From NCBI RefSeq assembly GCF_964355755.1, contig NC_092672.1:34664437-34728436 (forward strand): DNA of 64,000 nucleotides. The letters run 5' to 3'. Shown here one piece after another: positions 1 through 15,600 of the stretch (the stretch's first letter is position 1; each line of letters begins with the position of its first letter). The position numbers and the translations under genes were made by a program. Below the pieces are notes generated by a model. The model was not told the DNA's origin and did no database searches. It was given only the letters and a program-made list of their open reading frames with translations. The DNA comes from Antedon mediterranea. Lineage: Eukaryota > Animalia > Echinodermata.

Positions 1-614
1 AAAGTAAAATATTATGGTTAACAAAATATCACAGAATAATGAAAAGTGATATATTACTGGATATATTAGGTAATTCTTTGTACAACCTTCAGTATTGTGT
101 AGTAATCATTACTAAAAGATTATATCTATTTTTAGATTTAGAATACTTATAATTAAATTAGCTGAATCTATATTAAAACTTGTGAAAATTATATTTATAC
201 TTTTGCAGCCGTAAATTATTTTCACCTTTAAAATAATTGATTATTGTAAGTATTTTATTTTTACAGTTCGTTTGTTTTTGTGATTGTTTATTTTCACAAC
301 AAACTTAAGTAAGTCATCAGAAATACGCTTTTAGGCTTGATCCTCACAAGGCCTTTCTGCCAGTTGCAGTCTATAACTCCAAAGAGCACTACTCATAGGC
401 CTCTTAGACGAACAACTTCTTTTCGTTGCAACTTCATGCATGAGTGATTTTTCTAGTGCCCTCAATTTGTATTTTCATTCATATCCGACCGACTGACCCT
501 GCTTTTTGGGAAACAACCATTTTTTTGGTATTGTCACAGCAGCAACATCTGTACCACTATTTCAAATGTGCCATGTATGCCTTAATGCAAATCCTAGCAC
601 CACATACTACTTAT

Positions 615-3600
615 TCATTCAATAGTGTTTAGCGTCTGCCTAGCTGCTTGCATTCGTTTTCGTGCCTTCTGAAACATTTCTAGAAAATGTAAAAAATTAT
701 ATTTTTAAAGTGATTGTATCAACAAAAGATTATAGACAGAGAATGTTGGCATGAATAAATAATGACTACGCCAGCGGACTAATAGAGATATAAATAAACA
801 CTAAATATGGACTCTTCTTTATGTTGTTAGTTTTCATTTATGCGCGTCACCAATAACCATTTTTTGTCCGTAAACTACAGTAGTTCAAGTATACGTATGA
901 AATGCCATGTGTGCCATAATGTTTATCTTTATATCAATATTAAGTCAAATCTAGAACCTAAAAATGGTCTGCATAATACCAAACTACAGTGCCATTATTC
1001 AATCCTTGAATAACTCAAATAAATTAATTAAATTGTACGTACCTAACACATTCTGGACAGAGCTCTGCATAGAAACACCCCTGGGAAACAAAATACATTA
1101 TGTAACAGATATTTTAATTTTTTATTATTTATATCAAAATGAAAGTATATCATTTTAGTTGATAGTAAATACAAAATATAAAAGTCAGGGACACACAGAA
1201 ACTAAGATGAAATCGTGAAACAAACACCATAATAATTCTTAGGGTAAATAATACAAATGAAATTATTTGAGGTTTTAATGCAAAATCTGTTTTATTCTGG
1301 ATGATGGCAGAAAAGGATGTGTTTACAGTAGCTTTGTAGGCTTTCTCCTACAGTGAGCTGATAATTGCTGAAAAGATAATAATGATTTCTTTCTGAAAAG
1401 ATGATGATTTCTTTCTGAAAAGATAGATGATAATGATTTCTTTCTGAAAAGATGATAATGATTTCTTTTATTTTCTGGGGGTTTCCACAGCTCATGTTCC
1501 CTGTAGTAAAAGATATTTTGTAATATGAGCATTTTTTAAAGTTATAATGTTACAAATTATGATTAATTTGGTTTTTTAAAATTGCCAAAATTTGCATGTT
1601 TATAACTATAAAGTTCTGTGAAAAATCTTGTATTTTGTAGCAGCATTTACAACTAAAGAGCATACCGATAATTTACAGTATATTGTTTACAATGTTTTGA
1701 TGATGAAGATACCATACATAGATTAATCATAGTCAATCTACCTCATTTATGACGTCACAAATGTAATAACTTGCAATGAAGGGGAAGCTATCCATAATAT
1801 ATGGTTCAAGGTGCCATATTGACATCTAAAATGTGTAATCATTTACCCGTAGGCCAATTAAGACTTGCATTAAAACACATTTACAAACTATGTTTGTTGT
1901 CAATTGTCCACGATATTCTTTACTAAACTCTATTAGTTTATATATATTAACGAAAAAAAAAAAATATAATATTTGACATTGACAACATTTTATTGACCTG
2001 ATAAAATAGTTAAAAACTAAATAAGTGTAGAAACCTCTATTCAGGGACACTCCTACTCAGGCTTTTAAGTTGAGTTATACACACAATTCTAAGTAAAAAC
2101 AGTTTAGATTGGGAAAATTCATACCTTTTGCTTAAACAATTTTGAATCAATAAACATGTTTAGTTGTATTTTGGTAGATATTTTCAGGATTTTTGTTTTG
2201 TTCTTGCATTCATTGGTTTAATGGTGTGAGGTAATTTCCCGATTGATCGTAATCACAACGGTACTGGGTTTGGTCTACTAGCGTTCCTGCTCCCAACCAG
2301 TACATCCATTCATAGAAGCTTTAATGAAGTAAGCCTACCTGGTGGTAACCATAGAACAGTTCCGAGATAACGACTATACTTCGGCTTTAGTCGATAGAAG
2401 ATTGAAAAAAATTGTTAGAGATAGAGTATACAATGTTTGATTATGTGTAGATGTGTGTTCTGTTCTTTTATTCAAATGATGTTATTTATTTAATAGGCTA
2501 CATTTTTTATATCAATTAATTAAATTATCGTAGATTGTATATTATGCGAAAAATATTATTAAATACATTTTTGATATAAATTATTATTATTATAATATTA
2601 ATACAAATATATTTGCTAGTATAAATTAAAAATATAGATATAAGGAAGAAAAGCAAAAAGATTATGGAGCGGCTGTACCAGAATATACAACACTAGGTAT
2701 TGTAAAGTTAATATACAGACATTTTAGGCGATCTTGTCAAAGGTCAAGCGCCTTCAGCCTGCCACGTTTCGATATTCAATATTGAACTTGACCTATGTAC
2801 TATGATTTTTTCCATAATTAATTAATCCTTGGCTTAGTCATCATTCAGATGAATGTAAGACTAATTTACATTAATCCTAAGACTTAATTAATGAAAAAAT
2901 GGTATCGGATCAGAAATCAATAAATTAGCATTTCCATTTCATCTGCCTGTCAATCAAAATGTAGATAGTACAGCCAACCCTCGATAAATGAAAAACACAA
3001 TGTAAAAAAATGTTAAGTTATAAAAATTTAACTAATTCACTTACAATATCTGAATTAATAGATTTGATAATGTCAATGTCAATGTCGAATGAAATATTAG
3101 TACAATCAACTCCCAACGGTTAAAACATCAATATACGTATATTAACCTGACATAACCTATCATGATCAATGTTATCTTTTCAATTTATGATGATGGAATA
3201 TCTTTTATACTTTTCAATGTTATTGTTACAATTTAAGTAGCGCAATTTAATAAAATAATTTTGTATTTAATATTAAATTATTATTAAATGTCGTAATTTG
3301 TATTTTTGAGAAGACGATTAAAGCAAGGCTACATATTATACAAGAATTATACCAATTTAATTATTAATTTGTTTATATTCTAAAAATGTATTTATTAAAT
3401 AAGCTTTCACAGCAAACGTGCGATATAAGAGGTGGTGGCTTCCACTAATCTTTTCCCTAGTTCATATCTATGGAGTTGTAAGTTGCGTACAATATGAAAC
3501 ATTAACTATGTAGGTCTGAACAGGCTCTAAATAAAAGTTTGATTGCGCTCTTTTGCATGATGTGGGTGAATTTGTTTTGATGAATCAACAGTGACACCAG

Positions 3601-6600
3601 ATAATCGTAATTGTACTCGATGTGAAAGCATGCAATATTTTTCTCATTGCACCGGACTGAAAACGAGAGTGAATTTTTTTTTAACTTCTGTATTTTCAAT
3701 AATAGTCCGTATAATTCAATTAATAATATTAAACAATTTCTTTTATATAATTACTGTAAATAATCAATGGATATATTTTATAATTAATATTTCTTGTAAA
3801 AATCACTGCAAAAAAAAAAGAATTGCGCACATGAGTATAGTTGACGACACATACAAAAACTTTATCGCCCCTAATGGGTCCCTTTTTGTCAAGTTGCCAC
3901 TAAATAGAAACAAAAGTCAAATTGATAACCATTTTCTTTCCTGATCATTAGATAACTGATCTGTTGTTTTATTCACTGCAATGTTGATTTCAAGTTATTT
4001 ACGTTATATTGCCCAAACAAACATTTGATGTATGCATTTTGTTTTTTTTTACTCCTGCTGAAAAATATAACGTTCCTTCAATGTCACATGTTGTAATGTT
4101 TTATGCCATTAGTTAGAGTTTAATTAATTTTCTTGCCCTTCAGATGGAACATCAACCCTGGTTATTAATCTCCATATCCATAGTAATGAATGGGGCGATT
4201 ATCACAATACACTTATAATCACCCTGCCTCAGTGGCTGGGTTCACACACGCAGCTAAATCCTTTAACACTTACATCCATACATTTAAAAAATATATGAAA
4301 TTACATTTGCTTTTCACTACAGCTAAGTACAAACAATCCCTGATTTTAGATCCAAGATAAAATGTCACAATTTCGCTCATAAATTACGGTAATCTTTTAC
4401 ACGATGAATATGAATTTGTAGTTATTATCCAAAGCTAATGATAGATGAGGTTGAAAGACAAAAAAAGTCAAATTAAACTCGACTCAAGTCATGGTGATTA
4501 TCTATTATTACTGTTGAAAACACAACAAATTTATTAGAGAATGTTCATAAATACAATTTTTTTGTACAGAGTGTATTCACGTATTGTCTGTAGCGGAGTT
4601 GGCATTTATTTCTTTTTTTTAAAAAAAAAAGCTAAATCATTAACTGTAAAATAAGTTTAAGATCATATTTTGTTGCTAAATCACACCCCGGGTTATTAGA
4701 ATAAAAAAAAAATTCCTTACCCAAGTCGATCAAGGAATGTGCCTAATTTTCGTTTAGATGATGCCCGATCTAAGAAAGCTCTGAAAAGAAAAGTTTTAAA
4801 TTTTTATTAAAATCAAAATCATTAACAAAAAAGTATTCATCTCCCAATTTTGACAGTACCATAAATTTGAAAATGATTAAAAAAAAAGAAAAAATAAGCA
4901 AAAAACATTAATCTAGTAGCAATTATTCACTTCTACAAAATACTACTTTTTATTATTTGTTTACGAGAGTTAAGGTCTGTCTACACTATCAAACTATTTT
5001 GACAAAATAAGTGTGAGTGACCAAATATGGTAGTGATATGACATCATCATGTCCATATATGGGCACATCACAATTTTTTTGTCGCATAAAGTTTGATAGT
5101 GTAGACGCAGATTCAGATAGAAGTATATCGATACAGAACAACATTACAAAAGTAAATTTTAATGGAGAAACTTTCTGGCGACTAAAGTAAATATTATTGC
5201 ATGAAAATTGTCACTTTTATCGCATTAAAAAATGATTAACCTGACGCAAAATGCGTACACCATCTCTCGACACGTATCATGAGTAACAATTACAATTGGT
5301 TGATGAATCACGATAAATGTTTATCAGGCTACGTAAACTAGATTCCTGAGGGAGGGCAGTAGATTAGTCTATTAATTATGTTATCCATCAATGGAAAGTA
5401 CCATTAACATTAAGTCACAACCTTAACATTAGATTGGTTGAAATGGCAAGTGGCTTTTAACATCAACTAATTCCCAAGTTGATGATACTCTTATGGAAGG
5501 GTAATGATTAATATATCTGTTTTAGTAGAGCACACACTTAAATTTAAGTTGTGTTCTTTAACATTGGTTTTAGTTGACTCGGTTTTTGATATTAACCTAT
5601 TCCCATGTTGGTGTCCTTACATGAGGTTGCCTATTATATCTGTTTAGCACACACTTAAAATTAAGTTGTGTTCTTTAAAATTAGTTTTAGTTGACATTGA
5701 AATCGGTTTTTGATATTTACCTATTCCCAAGTTGGTGCCCTTACAGGATGTTGCTTATTATATTTATTAGTAGAGAATACATTTAAAATTAAGTTGTGAT
5801 ATTAACATTAGATTTTTTAAATTATCCTATTCCCAGGACGAGGTTGGTAGCCTGTTAGTAGAGTATATACAAATTTAAATAAAAAGATAAACATAGGATA
5901 CAACAGTAAATGACCCTTGACCTCAATGAAGAAAAGAATCAACATCACATCAATTTTAGTTCTCATAAAAAAAAAGTATGGTACGGAAATCATGACAACA
6001 AATCGGACTAAAAACAAAAAGAGACAAAGCCTATGCTGATTATGACTTCACAAATTAAAAATAATCGATTCTTAAAGAGTATTTGTCACAAAGTATAACA
6101 CTAATAAAGTGTCATTTGTAATAAGTTTAGGGACATAAACTAGAGCAAAGTCCTGGTGACACTGACGCAAGCACTTATATTTTATTGATGTTCTTAAAAT
6201 ATGCCTTAAATCTAGGTCAAACAAGTTTAATGTGAGTTGTATGAAGATATATGTGGCGTGTCATACTTTAACCTATATGAATAAAACTCTGATCTAATTC
6301 ACAATTTAATAAAGTATTATATAATAGTGACACTAATTTTATTACATTCTTGTACAAAATAAATGTCACTAACTTCAATTAATCATTATACTTTAAAAAA
6401 AAATAAAATGTAGTATTGAAATATTAATGAAAAGTGTAATTAAAGTCCAATCCTTTATAACCTGTACTTTACATACACTTTTAATTTAATGGTTAGCAAC
6501 ACAATACACAATAAATGTCAGTGAATTTAAGTCATAATGGACTGCTAGGACATCTGGTTTCTTTAAAAAAAAGTAACATCTCAAATATTACACATTTATA

Positions 6601-9600
6601 ACATAATACACTGACTAAAGCTCTGTCTACACTATTAAACTAGTTTGACAAACAAAGTATGATGTGAGTCATATCTATATATGGGCACATCACACTTTTT
6701 GTTAAACTAGTTCAGATATTAATCACTTGCAAATTAATTGGTTTCAATGGAGTGAAAAAAGTTTAAAATTTAATAATTCATTTGCAATGATACTATCAAA
6801 ACTCATGGAGAAAACGTATTAAAATATACTAGTTCAGATATTAATCACTTGCAAATTAATTGGTTTCAATGGAGTGAAACAAGTTTAAAATTTAATAATT
6901 CATTTGCAATGATACTATCAAAACTCGTGGAGAAAACGTATTAAAATATACATATGAATTAAATTGTATAAATAAAGTTATCTAGTCTTGCTTGCATACA
7001 AAATCAGGGCTACATATTGCAATTTGTTTATGTTACCTTTGATTTTATTTACTTAAAAATTAATTGGTTCCATCGTAGTTGAAAAATTAAATTAAACCTT
7101 ACATAATTGGAATGATATCTATTACAAAACCTGTTTACATTACGTCAATAAAACTAAAAAATAAACAAATTAACTAAATTGAGTTTAAGATTGTTGAAAT
7201 GATGTTTACTAATATTACAGTTACTCAGTTGAAATTCTGCAAATCAAATGTATATTAATAGTAGTAGCAGACCCTCTGAGCTGCCTTCTGGGTAAAAATA
7301 GACAATGTACATAAGATAAATTGCATACTCTGCCTTAAACTCAAACGTTGAACTTTCAATTTCAAATGTAACTGTCAGAAGTTCATTTAAAATTATAGTA
7401 TTTCTGAAAAATATATTTGGTTACTAAAAAAAAATCAAGAATGTGTAAAATCTCTGTCACTATCAAACATTATGTGACAAAATAATGTTATGTGCCCATA
7501 TATGGACATGATGATATCATATCACTACCATATTTGAGCACAAACATAAACCTATCTAAAGTTATAGTTTCATGGTATATGGTAGGTACTTAGTCTCTGA
7601 TGATACATTTAATTTAATGCAATTTTTCCAAATCAAATCCCAAATCTCATTCAAATAAGTAGCAGAATTTGACACCTTATGATCATCTGGTATTAGGTAA
7701 TTAGATATAGTGTAGAATCCTTATACTTCTGGGATTTGTGTATCGTCATCTCACAGACAGAAGTATAGTCTCAGTAGAAAAAGATCAAAAGAAATTGGTA
7801 ATAAGATTATGGGTCATACCAAAAGTACTGGACACTTCACATAGATAAACTATTGAACTATTGTTAATTTAAATTACAATTTTGGAACTCTATTCTTGAA
7901 TTAATAAATTAGGTGTGGAATGGTTGGGGGAAGGGGGAGTAGGAGAAGAGTTAGGGTTGGTTTGTTTGGGTGGGTGAAATTTTGCTTTCTTCTGACTATT
8001 AATATTTATATGTTCAACCTCTTGTTACGAAAGTGTTCTTCCATTTTAAAGGAGAGTAATAAATATTATTTAGTTTTTTTTTTTCACTCTCTCGTTTAAA
8101 ACATCCTGGATCCACCCCTAAAAATAAATCTGAAATAAATGTATAAATTCAGACATTTTTTTTTTTTAAACACTCGCAATCACACTGTAAGTAAGCCTAA
8201 TACTTTGCACAAAAACATAAAAACGATCTTGAATTTAAAAGGTAAAAGGCTGTGATATTTCTATTAAAAACAAAATTATAATGCAAAATCAAACGGAGAC
8301 ATTATACAGCTAATTATTTTTTCCACTAATGTAAAAAAAGAATTACTAGATAAATCTCCTACTAAAATATTCCTTAATATTACCATTTCCACTCCGAGGC
8401 AACTACCTAGATAAACGTGCTTTATTGCAAAATGAGAAGGTGATTTTTGTAGGACATCATTCTATAGATAATGAGTAAGGTATTTTACCGAGACGTTTTA
8501 TTAGTTTTTGCGTGAAATATTTGATGATGGACATCATTCAATTTTTCAAGTCACGCACACAAACTATTCAAGGACAAATACAGTGCAGTTAAAATTAACT
8601 AGGTTTTACGCTGAACCTATTGAAAAAATGCGTAAAAGATTTTTAAATGAGAAGAAAAATGATTAAATAGCGAATTTTAAAAAAATTATTAAAAGAAAGA
8701 AAACTATTAAAATTGGGATCCAAATGAAATTATTTCAAGAAAAATTATTATTAGAAGGTGCTCACCTCCAATTCCAAGGTACTATGTTCAAATCCTTATA
8801 AAGTCAAGTGTTTCCTAATTAAACAACATGTACTACTTACTTTAGTTTATTTTTAGACTCTCTTTTGATTTGTTTGGCTTAATTGGTGCTGTATTGAATA
8901 TATTTATTTTGTACAAAGAATTGTCAACAAATTATGAATGTATTTAACCAAATTATTTTAAAAGAAAATAAAGTTTGTGAAAACAAAATATACATATTAA
9001 CTATAGGTCATCAGGATGTTGAGAAATAGGGGATGAAAAATATGGGTATAGTTGTGTTACAAAAAAACCACCATATCTTTCCCCACATTTTTTAAATATC
9101 AAAATATTTTTTCTCCATCCCTTTATTATAAAGTTACGTGTTGGACAATGCTAAATTAACATCAGAGTTTACTGTATGAATGCCTGATACAGGCTAAACA
9201 AAATTGACTTGCATTTTAAAATAATTGTATTGATTTCCTGAATTTTAAATAATGACTTGTTGATGTACTGTTATTTTCTTGTGTTATTTTTATAGGGTTT
9301 TCATTTCTGAATAAAAGTTTATTATGATGTCATAATGCATGCATGTTTTTAAAAAGCTAAGGGTACAACCAAACATCTACAGTATGCTATAAGTCATAAA
9401 GGTAAAAAAAGCCAAAAGCTGTATATAATGTATATATATGATGATGATGTCATATCACTACCATATTTGGGCACAACACACTTTTTTTTGATTATCAATA
9501 TAGTTTTACAGTGATATCCAATTTGATGGGTTTTGCCAAAGGCTAGAAATAAATTAAATTTGCAATACTAATCAATAGACTTAAAAGGATTCATGTATCT

Positions 9601-12600
9601 AAACATGATTGACACAAATGACAGGTTAAAAAGGTTGTGAAGGCATTTAAGCCCCGATAATCATCAAGAAAAAATCCTGTGAAAGTATTAGTTGTCAATT
9701 TTACATGTGTGTGTTTCATTTTTAAGTAATGTATAGATTGATACATTCTATGTTTTGTAATTTGCTGAAGAAGGAATGTAAAAAAGTGCCACTGAAAGTA
9801 TAGAGATTAAAGAAAGACAAAATAACAAATATAGTAGAACTTATTCAGGGGAACTCTCATTCAGGGGGAACTCTCATTCAGGGGCACTCTTATTCAGGGG
9901 AACTCTTATTCAGGGGGAACTCTCATTCAGGGGCACTCTTATTCAGGGGAACTCTTATTCAGTGGGAACTCTCATTCAGGGGCACTCTCATTCAGGGGCA
10001 CTCTTATTCAGGGGGAACTCTCATTCAGGGGCACTCTTATTCAGGGGAACTCTTATTCAGTGGGAACTCTCATTCAGGGGCACTCTCATTCAGGGGCACT
10101 CTTATTCAGGGGCACTCTTATTCAGGGGCACTCTTATTCAGGAGAACTCTTATTCAGGGGCACTCTCATTCAGTGGGAACTCTCATTCAGGGGCACTCTC
10201 ATTCAGGGGCACTCTTATTCAGGGGCACTCTTATTATTCAGGGGCACTCTTATTCAGGAGAACTCTTATTCAGGGGGAACTCTCATTCAGGGGCACTCTC
10301 ATTCAGGGGCACTCTCATTCAGGGGCACTCTCATTCAGGGGCACTCTTATTCAGGGGGAACTCTCATTCAGGGGCACTCTCATTCAGGGAGAACTCTTAT
10401 TCAGGGAGAACTCTTATTCAGGGGGAACTCTTATTCAGGGGGCGCTCGTATTCAGGGAGAACTCTTATTCAGGGAGAACTCTCATTCAGGGGCACTCTTA
10501 TTCAGGGGGAACTCTCATTCAGGGGAACTCTCATTCAGGGAGAACTCTTATTCAGGGAGAACTCTTATTCAGGGGGAACTCTTATTCAGGGGGCGCTCGT
10601 ATTCAGGGAGAACTCTTATTCAGGGAGAACTCTCATTCAGGGGCACTCTTATTCAGGGAGAACTCTTATTCAGGGGGAACTCTCATTCAGGGAGAACTCT
10701 TATTCAGGGAGAACACTTATTCAGGGAGAATCTTATTCAGGGGCACTCCTATTCAGGGAAAACTCTCATTCAGGGGCACTCTTATTCAGGGAGAACTCTC
10801 ATTCAGGGGCACTCTTATTCAGGGGGAACTCTTATTCAGGGGGAACTCTCATTCAGGGGAACTCTCATTCAGGGGCACTCTCATTCAGGGAGAACTCTTA
10901 TTCAGGGGGAACACTTATTCAGGGAGAATCTTATTCAGGGGCACTCCTATTCAGGGAGAACTCTCATTCAGGGGCACTCTCATTCAGGGGCACTCTCATT
11001 CAGGGGCACTCTTATTCAGGGGGAACTCTCATTCAGGGGCACTCTCATTCAGGGAGAACTCTTATTCAGGGAGAACTCTTATTCAGGGGGAACTCTTATT
11101 CAGGGAGAACACTTATTCAGGGAGAATCTTATTCAGGGGCACTCCTATTCAGGGAGAACTCTCATTCAGGGGCACTCTTATTCAGGGGGAACTTTCATTC
11201 AGGGGCACTCTCATTCAGGGAGAACTCTTATTCAGGGGGAACTCTTATTCAGGGGGCGCTCGTATTCAGGGGGAACACTTATTCAGGGGAATTCTTATTC
11301 AGGGGCACACTTATTCAGGGGGAACTCTTATTCATGGGCACACTTATTCAGGGGGAACTCTTATTCAGGGGCGCTCGTATTCAGGGGGAACTCTTATTTA
11401 GGGGACACACTTATTCAGGGGGAACTCTTATTCAGGGGGTGCTCGTATTCAGGGGGAACTCTTATTTAGGGGACACATTTATTCAGGGGGAACTCTTATA
11501 TTTAGGGGACACACTTAACACTTATTCAGGGGGAACTCTTATTTAGGGGACACACTTATTCAGGGGGAACTCTTATTTAGGGAGAACTCTTATTCAGGGG
11601 GAACTCTTATTCATGGGCACACTTATTCAGGGGCGCTCGTATTCAGGGGGAACTCTTATTTAGCGGACACGCTTATTCAGGGGGAACTCTTATTCAGGGG
11701 GAACTCTTATTCAGGGAGAACACTTATTCAGGGGGAACACTTATTCAGGGAGAATCTTATTCAGGGGCACTCCTATTCAGGGAGAACTCTCATTCAGGGG
11801 CACTCTCATTCAGGGGCACTCTCATTCAGGGGCACTCTTATTCAGGGGGAACTCTCATTCAGGGGCACTCTCATTCAGGGAGAACTCTTATTCAGGGAGA
11901 ACTCTTATTCAGGGGGAACTCTTATTCAGGGGGCGCTCGTATTCAGGGAGAACTCTTATTCAGGGAGAACTCTCATTCAGGGGCACTCTTATTCAGGGGG
12001 AACTCTCATTCAGGGGCACTCTCATTCAGGGAGAACTCTTATTCAGGGAGAACTCTTATTCAGGGGGAACTCTTATTCAGGGGGTGCTCGTATTCAGGGA
12101 GAACTCTTATTCAGGGAGAACTCTCATTCAGGGGCACTCTTATTCAGGGAGAACTCTTATTCAGGGGGAACTCTCATTCAGGGAGAACTCTTATTCAGGG
12201 AGAACACTTATTCAGGGAGAATCTTATTCAGGGGCACTCCTATTCAGGGAAAACTCTCATTCAGGGGCACTCTTATTCAGGGAGAACTCTCATTCAGGGG
12301 CACTCTTATTCAGGGGGAACTCTTATTCAGGGGGAACTCTCATTCAGGGGAACTCTCATTCAGGGGCACTCTCATTCAGGGAGAACTCTTATTCAGGGGG
12401 AACACTTATTCAGGGAGAATCTTATTCAGGGGCACTCCTATTCAGGGAGAACTCTCATTCAGGGGCACTCTCATTCAGGGGCACTCTCATTCAGGGGCAC
12501 TCTTATTCAGGGGGAACTCTCATTCAGGGGCACTCTCATTCAGGGAGAACTCTTATTCAGGGAGAACTCTTATTCAGGGGGAACTCTTATTCAGGGAGAA

Positions 12601-15600
12601 CACTTATTCAGGGAGAATCTTATTCAGGGGCACTCCTATTCAGGGAGAACTCTCATTCAGGGGCACTCTCATTCAGGGGCACTCTTATTCAGGGGGAACT
12701 TTCATTCAGGGGCACTCTCATTCAGGGAGAACTCTTATTCAGGGGGAACTCTTATTCAGGGGGCGCTCGTATTCAGGGGGAACACTTATTCAGGGGAATT
12801 CTTATTCAGGGGCACACTTATTCAGGGGGAACTCTTATTCATGGGCACACTTATTCAGGGGGAACTCTTATTCAGGGGCGCTCGTATTCAGGGGGAACTC
12901 TTATTTAGGGGACACACTTATTCAGGGGGAACTCTTATTCAGGGGGCGCTCGTATTCAGGGGGAACTCTTATTTAGGGGACACATTTATTCAGGGGGAAC
13001 TCTTATATTTAGGGGACACACTTAACACTTATTCAGGGGGAACTCTTATTTAGGGGACACACTTATTCAGGGGGAACTCTTATTTAGGGAGAACTCTTAT
13101 TCAGGGGGAACTCTTATTCATGGGCACACTTATTCAGGGGCGCTCGTATTCAGGGGGAACTCTTATTTAGCGGACACGCTTATTCAGGGGGAACTTTTAT
13201 TCAGGGGGAACTCTTATTCAGGGGGAACTCTTATTCAGGGGGCGCTCGTATTCAGGGGGAACTCTTATTTAGGGGACACACATATTCAGGGGGAACTCTT
13301 ATTTAGGGGACACACTTATTCAGGCGGAACTCTTATTTAGGGAGAACTCTTATTTAGGGAGAACTCTTATTCAGGGGGAACTCTTATTCATGGGCACACT
13401 TATTCAGGGGGAACTCTTTATTCAGGGGGGGCGCTCATATTCAGGGGGAACTCTTATTCAGGGGACACACTTATTCAGGGGGAACTCTTATTTAGGGGGC
13501 GCTCGTATTTAGGGGGCGCTCGTATTCAGGGGGAACTCTTATTTAGGGGACACACTTATTCAGGGGGAACTCTTATGGGGACACACTTATTCAGGGGGAA
13601 CTCTTTAGGGGGAACTCTTATTCAGGGAAAACTCTTATTCAGGGGCACACTTATTCAGGGGGAACTCTTATTCAGGGGGCACACTTATTCAGGGGGAACT
13701 CTTATTCAGGGGCACACTTATTCAGGGGGCACACTTATTTAGGGGGAACTCTTATTCAGTGGAACTCAGTCTTATTTAGGGGGCACACTTTATTCAGGGG
13801 CACACATATTCAGGAGGCACCCCTATCAAAGAGACACACCATGAGAAATGTACCATTGGTAAAGTTTTAACACAGCCAATACCTATTTAGTGGGATACCA
13901 TTATTATAAGTGGACTTTATTTTTGGTCTCAAAGGTGTCCCCTTAATGGAGGTTCTACTATTCAATGTTGAAAACAGGGGTCCTACCTGTACTGTATCTA
14001 ATTGTAATTGTAATGCAACAGAGTTTCCTTAAGGGAGATAATTATTAATAAAGTTAAACATAATCTAATCTAAACAGTTTTTTTTCTTAAGGTGTACAGT
14101 ACTAATAGGTAACTTTAAACCATAGCATGTTTTTAATTATTTAAACTCATAAATTATATTTATTATTCATTACAAATGTGTTTTCCATGATTTGCAGTAT
14201 TGATTTTAGTAGTGTGAATGCGCTTGAGCTTCCAACATATTCGACCTAGATTTAATGAATCACTCAGAATTTTAAATTTATTGTAATAAAGAATAACCAA
14301 GGCAGAGTATTATTTCATCAGATATCATTTTAAAATGGAGAATGATTTAATGTGTTTTTAATGTTAAAGGTTAAAGGTCATGTAGAATGGTGGTATTTGA
14401 TAACTGCATCCAGGCAATGTTTTATAACTTTTTCGTTTAAACATTCACATGAATGTTTAAAAAAATGTTGTTAAGCTCTGTCTACACTATCAACTAGGAA
14501 GTGATATACCAAATATGGTATTGATATGACATCATAGGCACAACACATTTGTTTTTCACATAAAGTTTGATGGTGAAGATTTTAATTAAATAATTGAAAA
14601 ACACATAAATAAATAAGTTTTCAAGGTAATGGAAAAAACAAAAATATGGATGAGATTAAAATTCAATATTATAATTTCAATATAGTTAAAAAAAAAAAAA
14701 AAAAAAAATTGAAAAATAGTTCCACAATCAGCGTTGGTGCAAATTGTTTGTTTGTTGTCTTTAGGATATTGTAGGTTGGTGGAAGTGATCCTTATATTGT
14801 TAATTTTCTGGTATAATTGATTCTCATCTTGTTTTTTTTGTATGATTTGTATATGGATGTACTATCCGAAATAAAGAAATGAAAGAATGAAAGTATAAAA
14901 TGAATGTGTTTTTCTTCTAAAAGAAAATCATGCTTTAGTGAGTTTAACAAAAAAAAATATCAATGAGATTGACAAGAAAAAAACAGAAAGGTCCCCTTAT
15001 GACGATATTGAAATTTAAGAAAAGATCAGCTAGATTTCTTAAAGGTATGCGATAAGGTATAAAAGTTGTGTTTAACAAGACATATAAATAATGATTATTA
15101 CACCTAGAGAATTCAATCCAATCTACAGGCTACAACAGCTAGCTGTAGGCTTTCATGTCAATATTCTTAAAAGCTTATAATGATTTACTGTAATAAAGAG
15201 AAAAAAAAAAGATTTTGTCTAAAAAACATCAAGTTTTTAGCCGTTAAACAAAAAGAAAAAATAATTGAAAAGCATAGTCTAACATTTGTATTTTTCTTTA
15301 TATGTAAAAAGGATGTTGTCAATCACAAGGCATTGTGGAAATTGTTGAGTAGAATAATGGGCTGCCCTCTTAAGAAACAAGTTGCTTGGTAATTATTGTT
15401 TAAGTTCAAACAGGCATACAAAAAATATTAGAATATTTTTTTTTTTTAATTCTTTTTTAAACTTCATTTCCACAAATTCCTGTGCTCAAAGAATACCAAG
15501 TACAAACACACAAATGATCAAATCAAGATACATATCAAACAATGATACATTGCCCAACATATCTTTAAATAATAATAAACAATTTTAAAAATAAAACCAA

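Noticed and set aside
9962-13053. Long ORFs (up to 479 aa) in all three plus frames
   Set aside because: Artefact of a stop-free 17/18-bp satellite. The same peptides cycle through all frames, and the region is antisense within an MKS1 intron.
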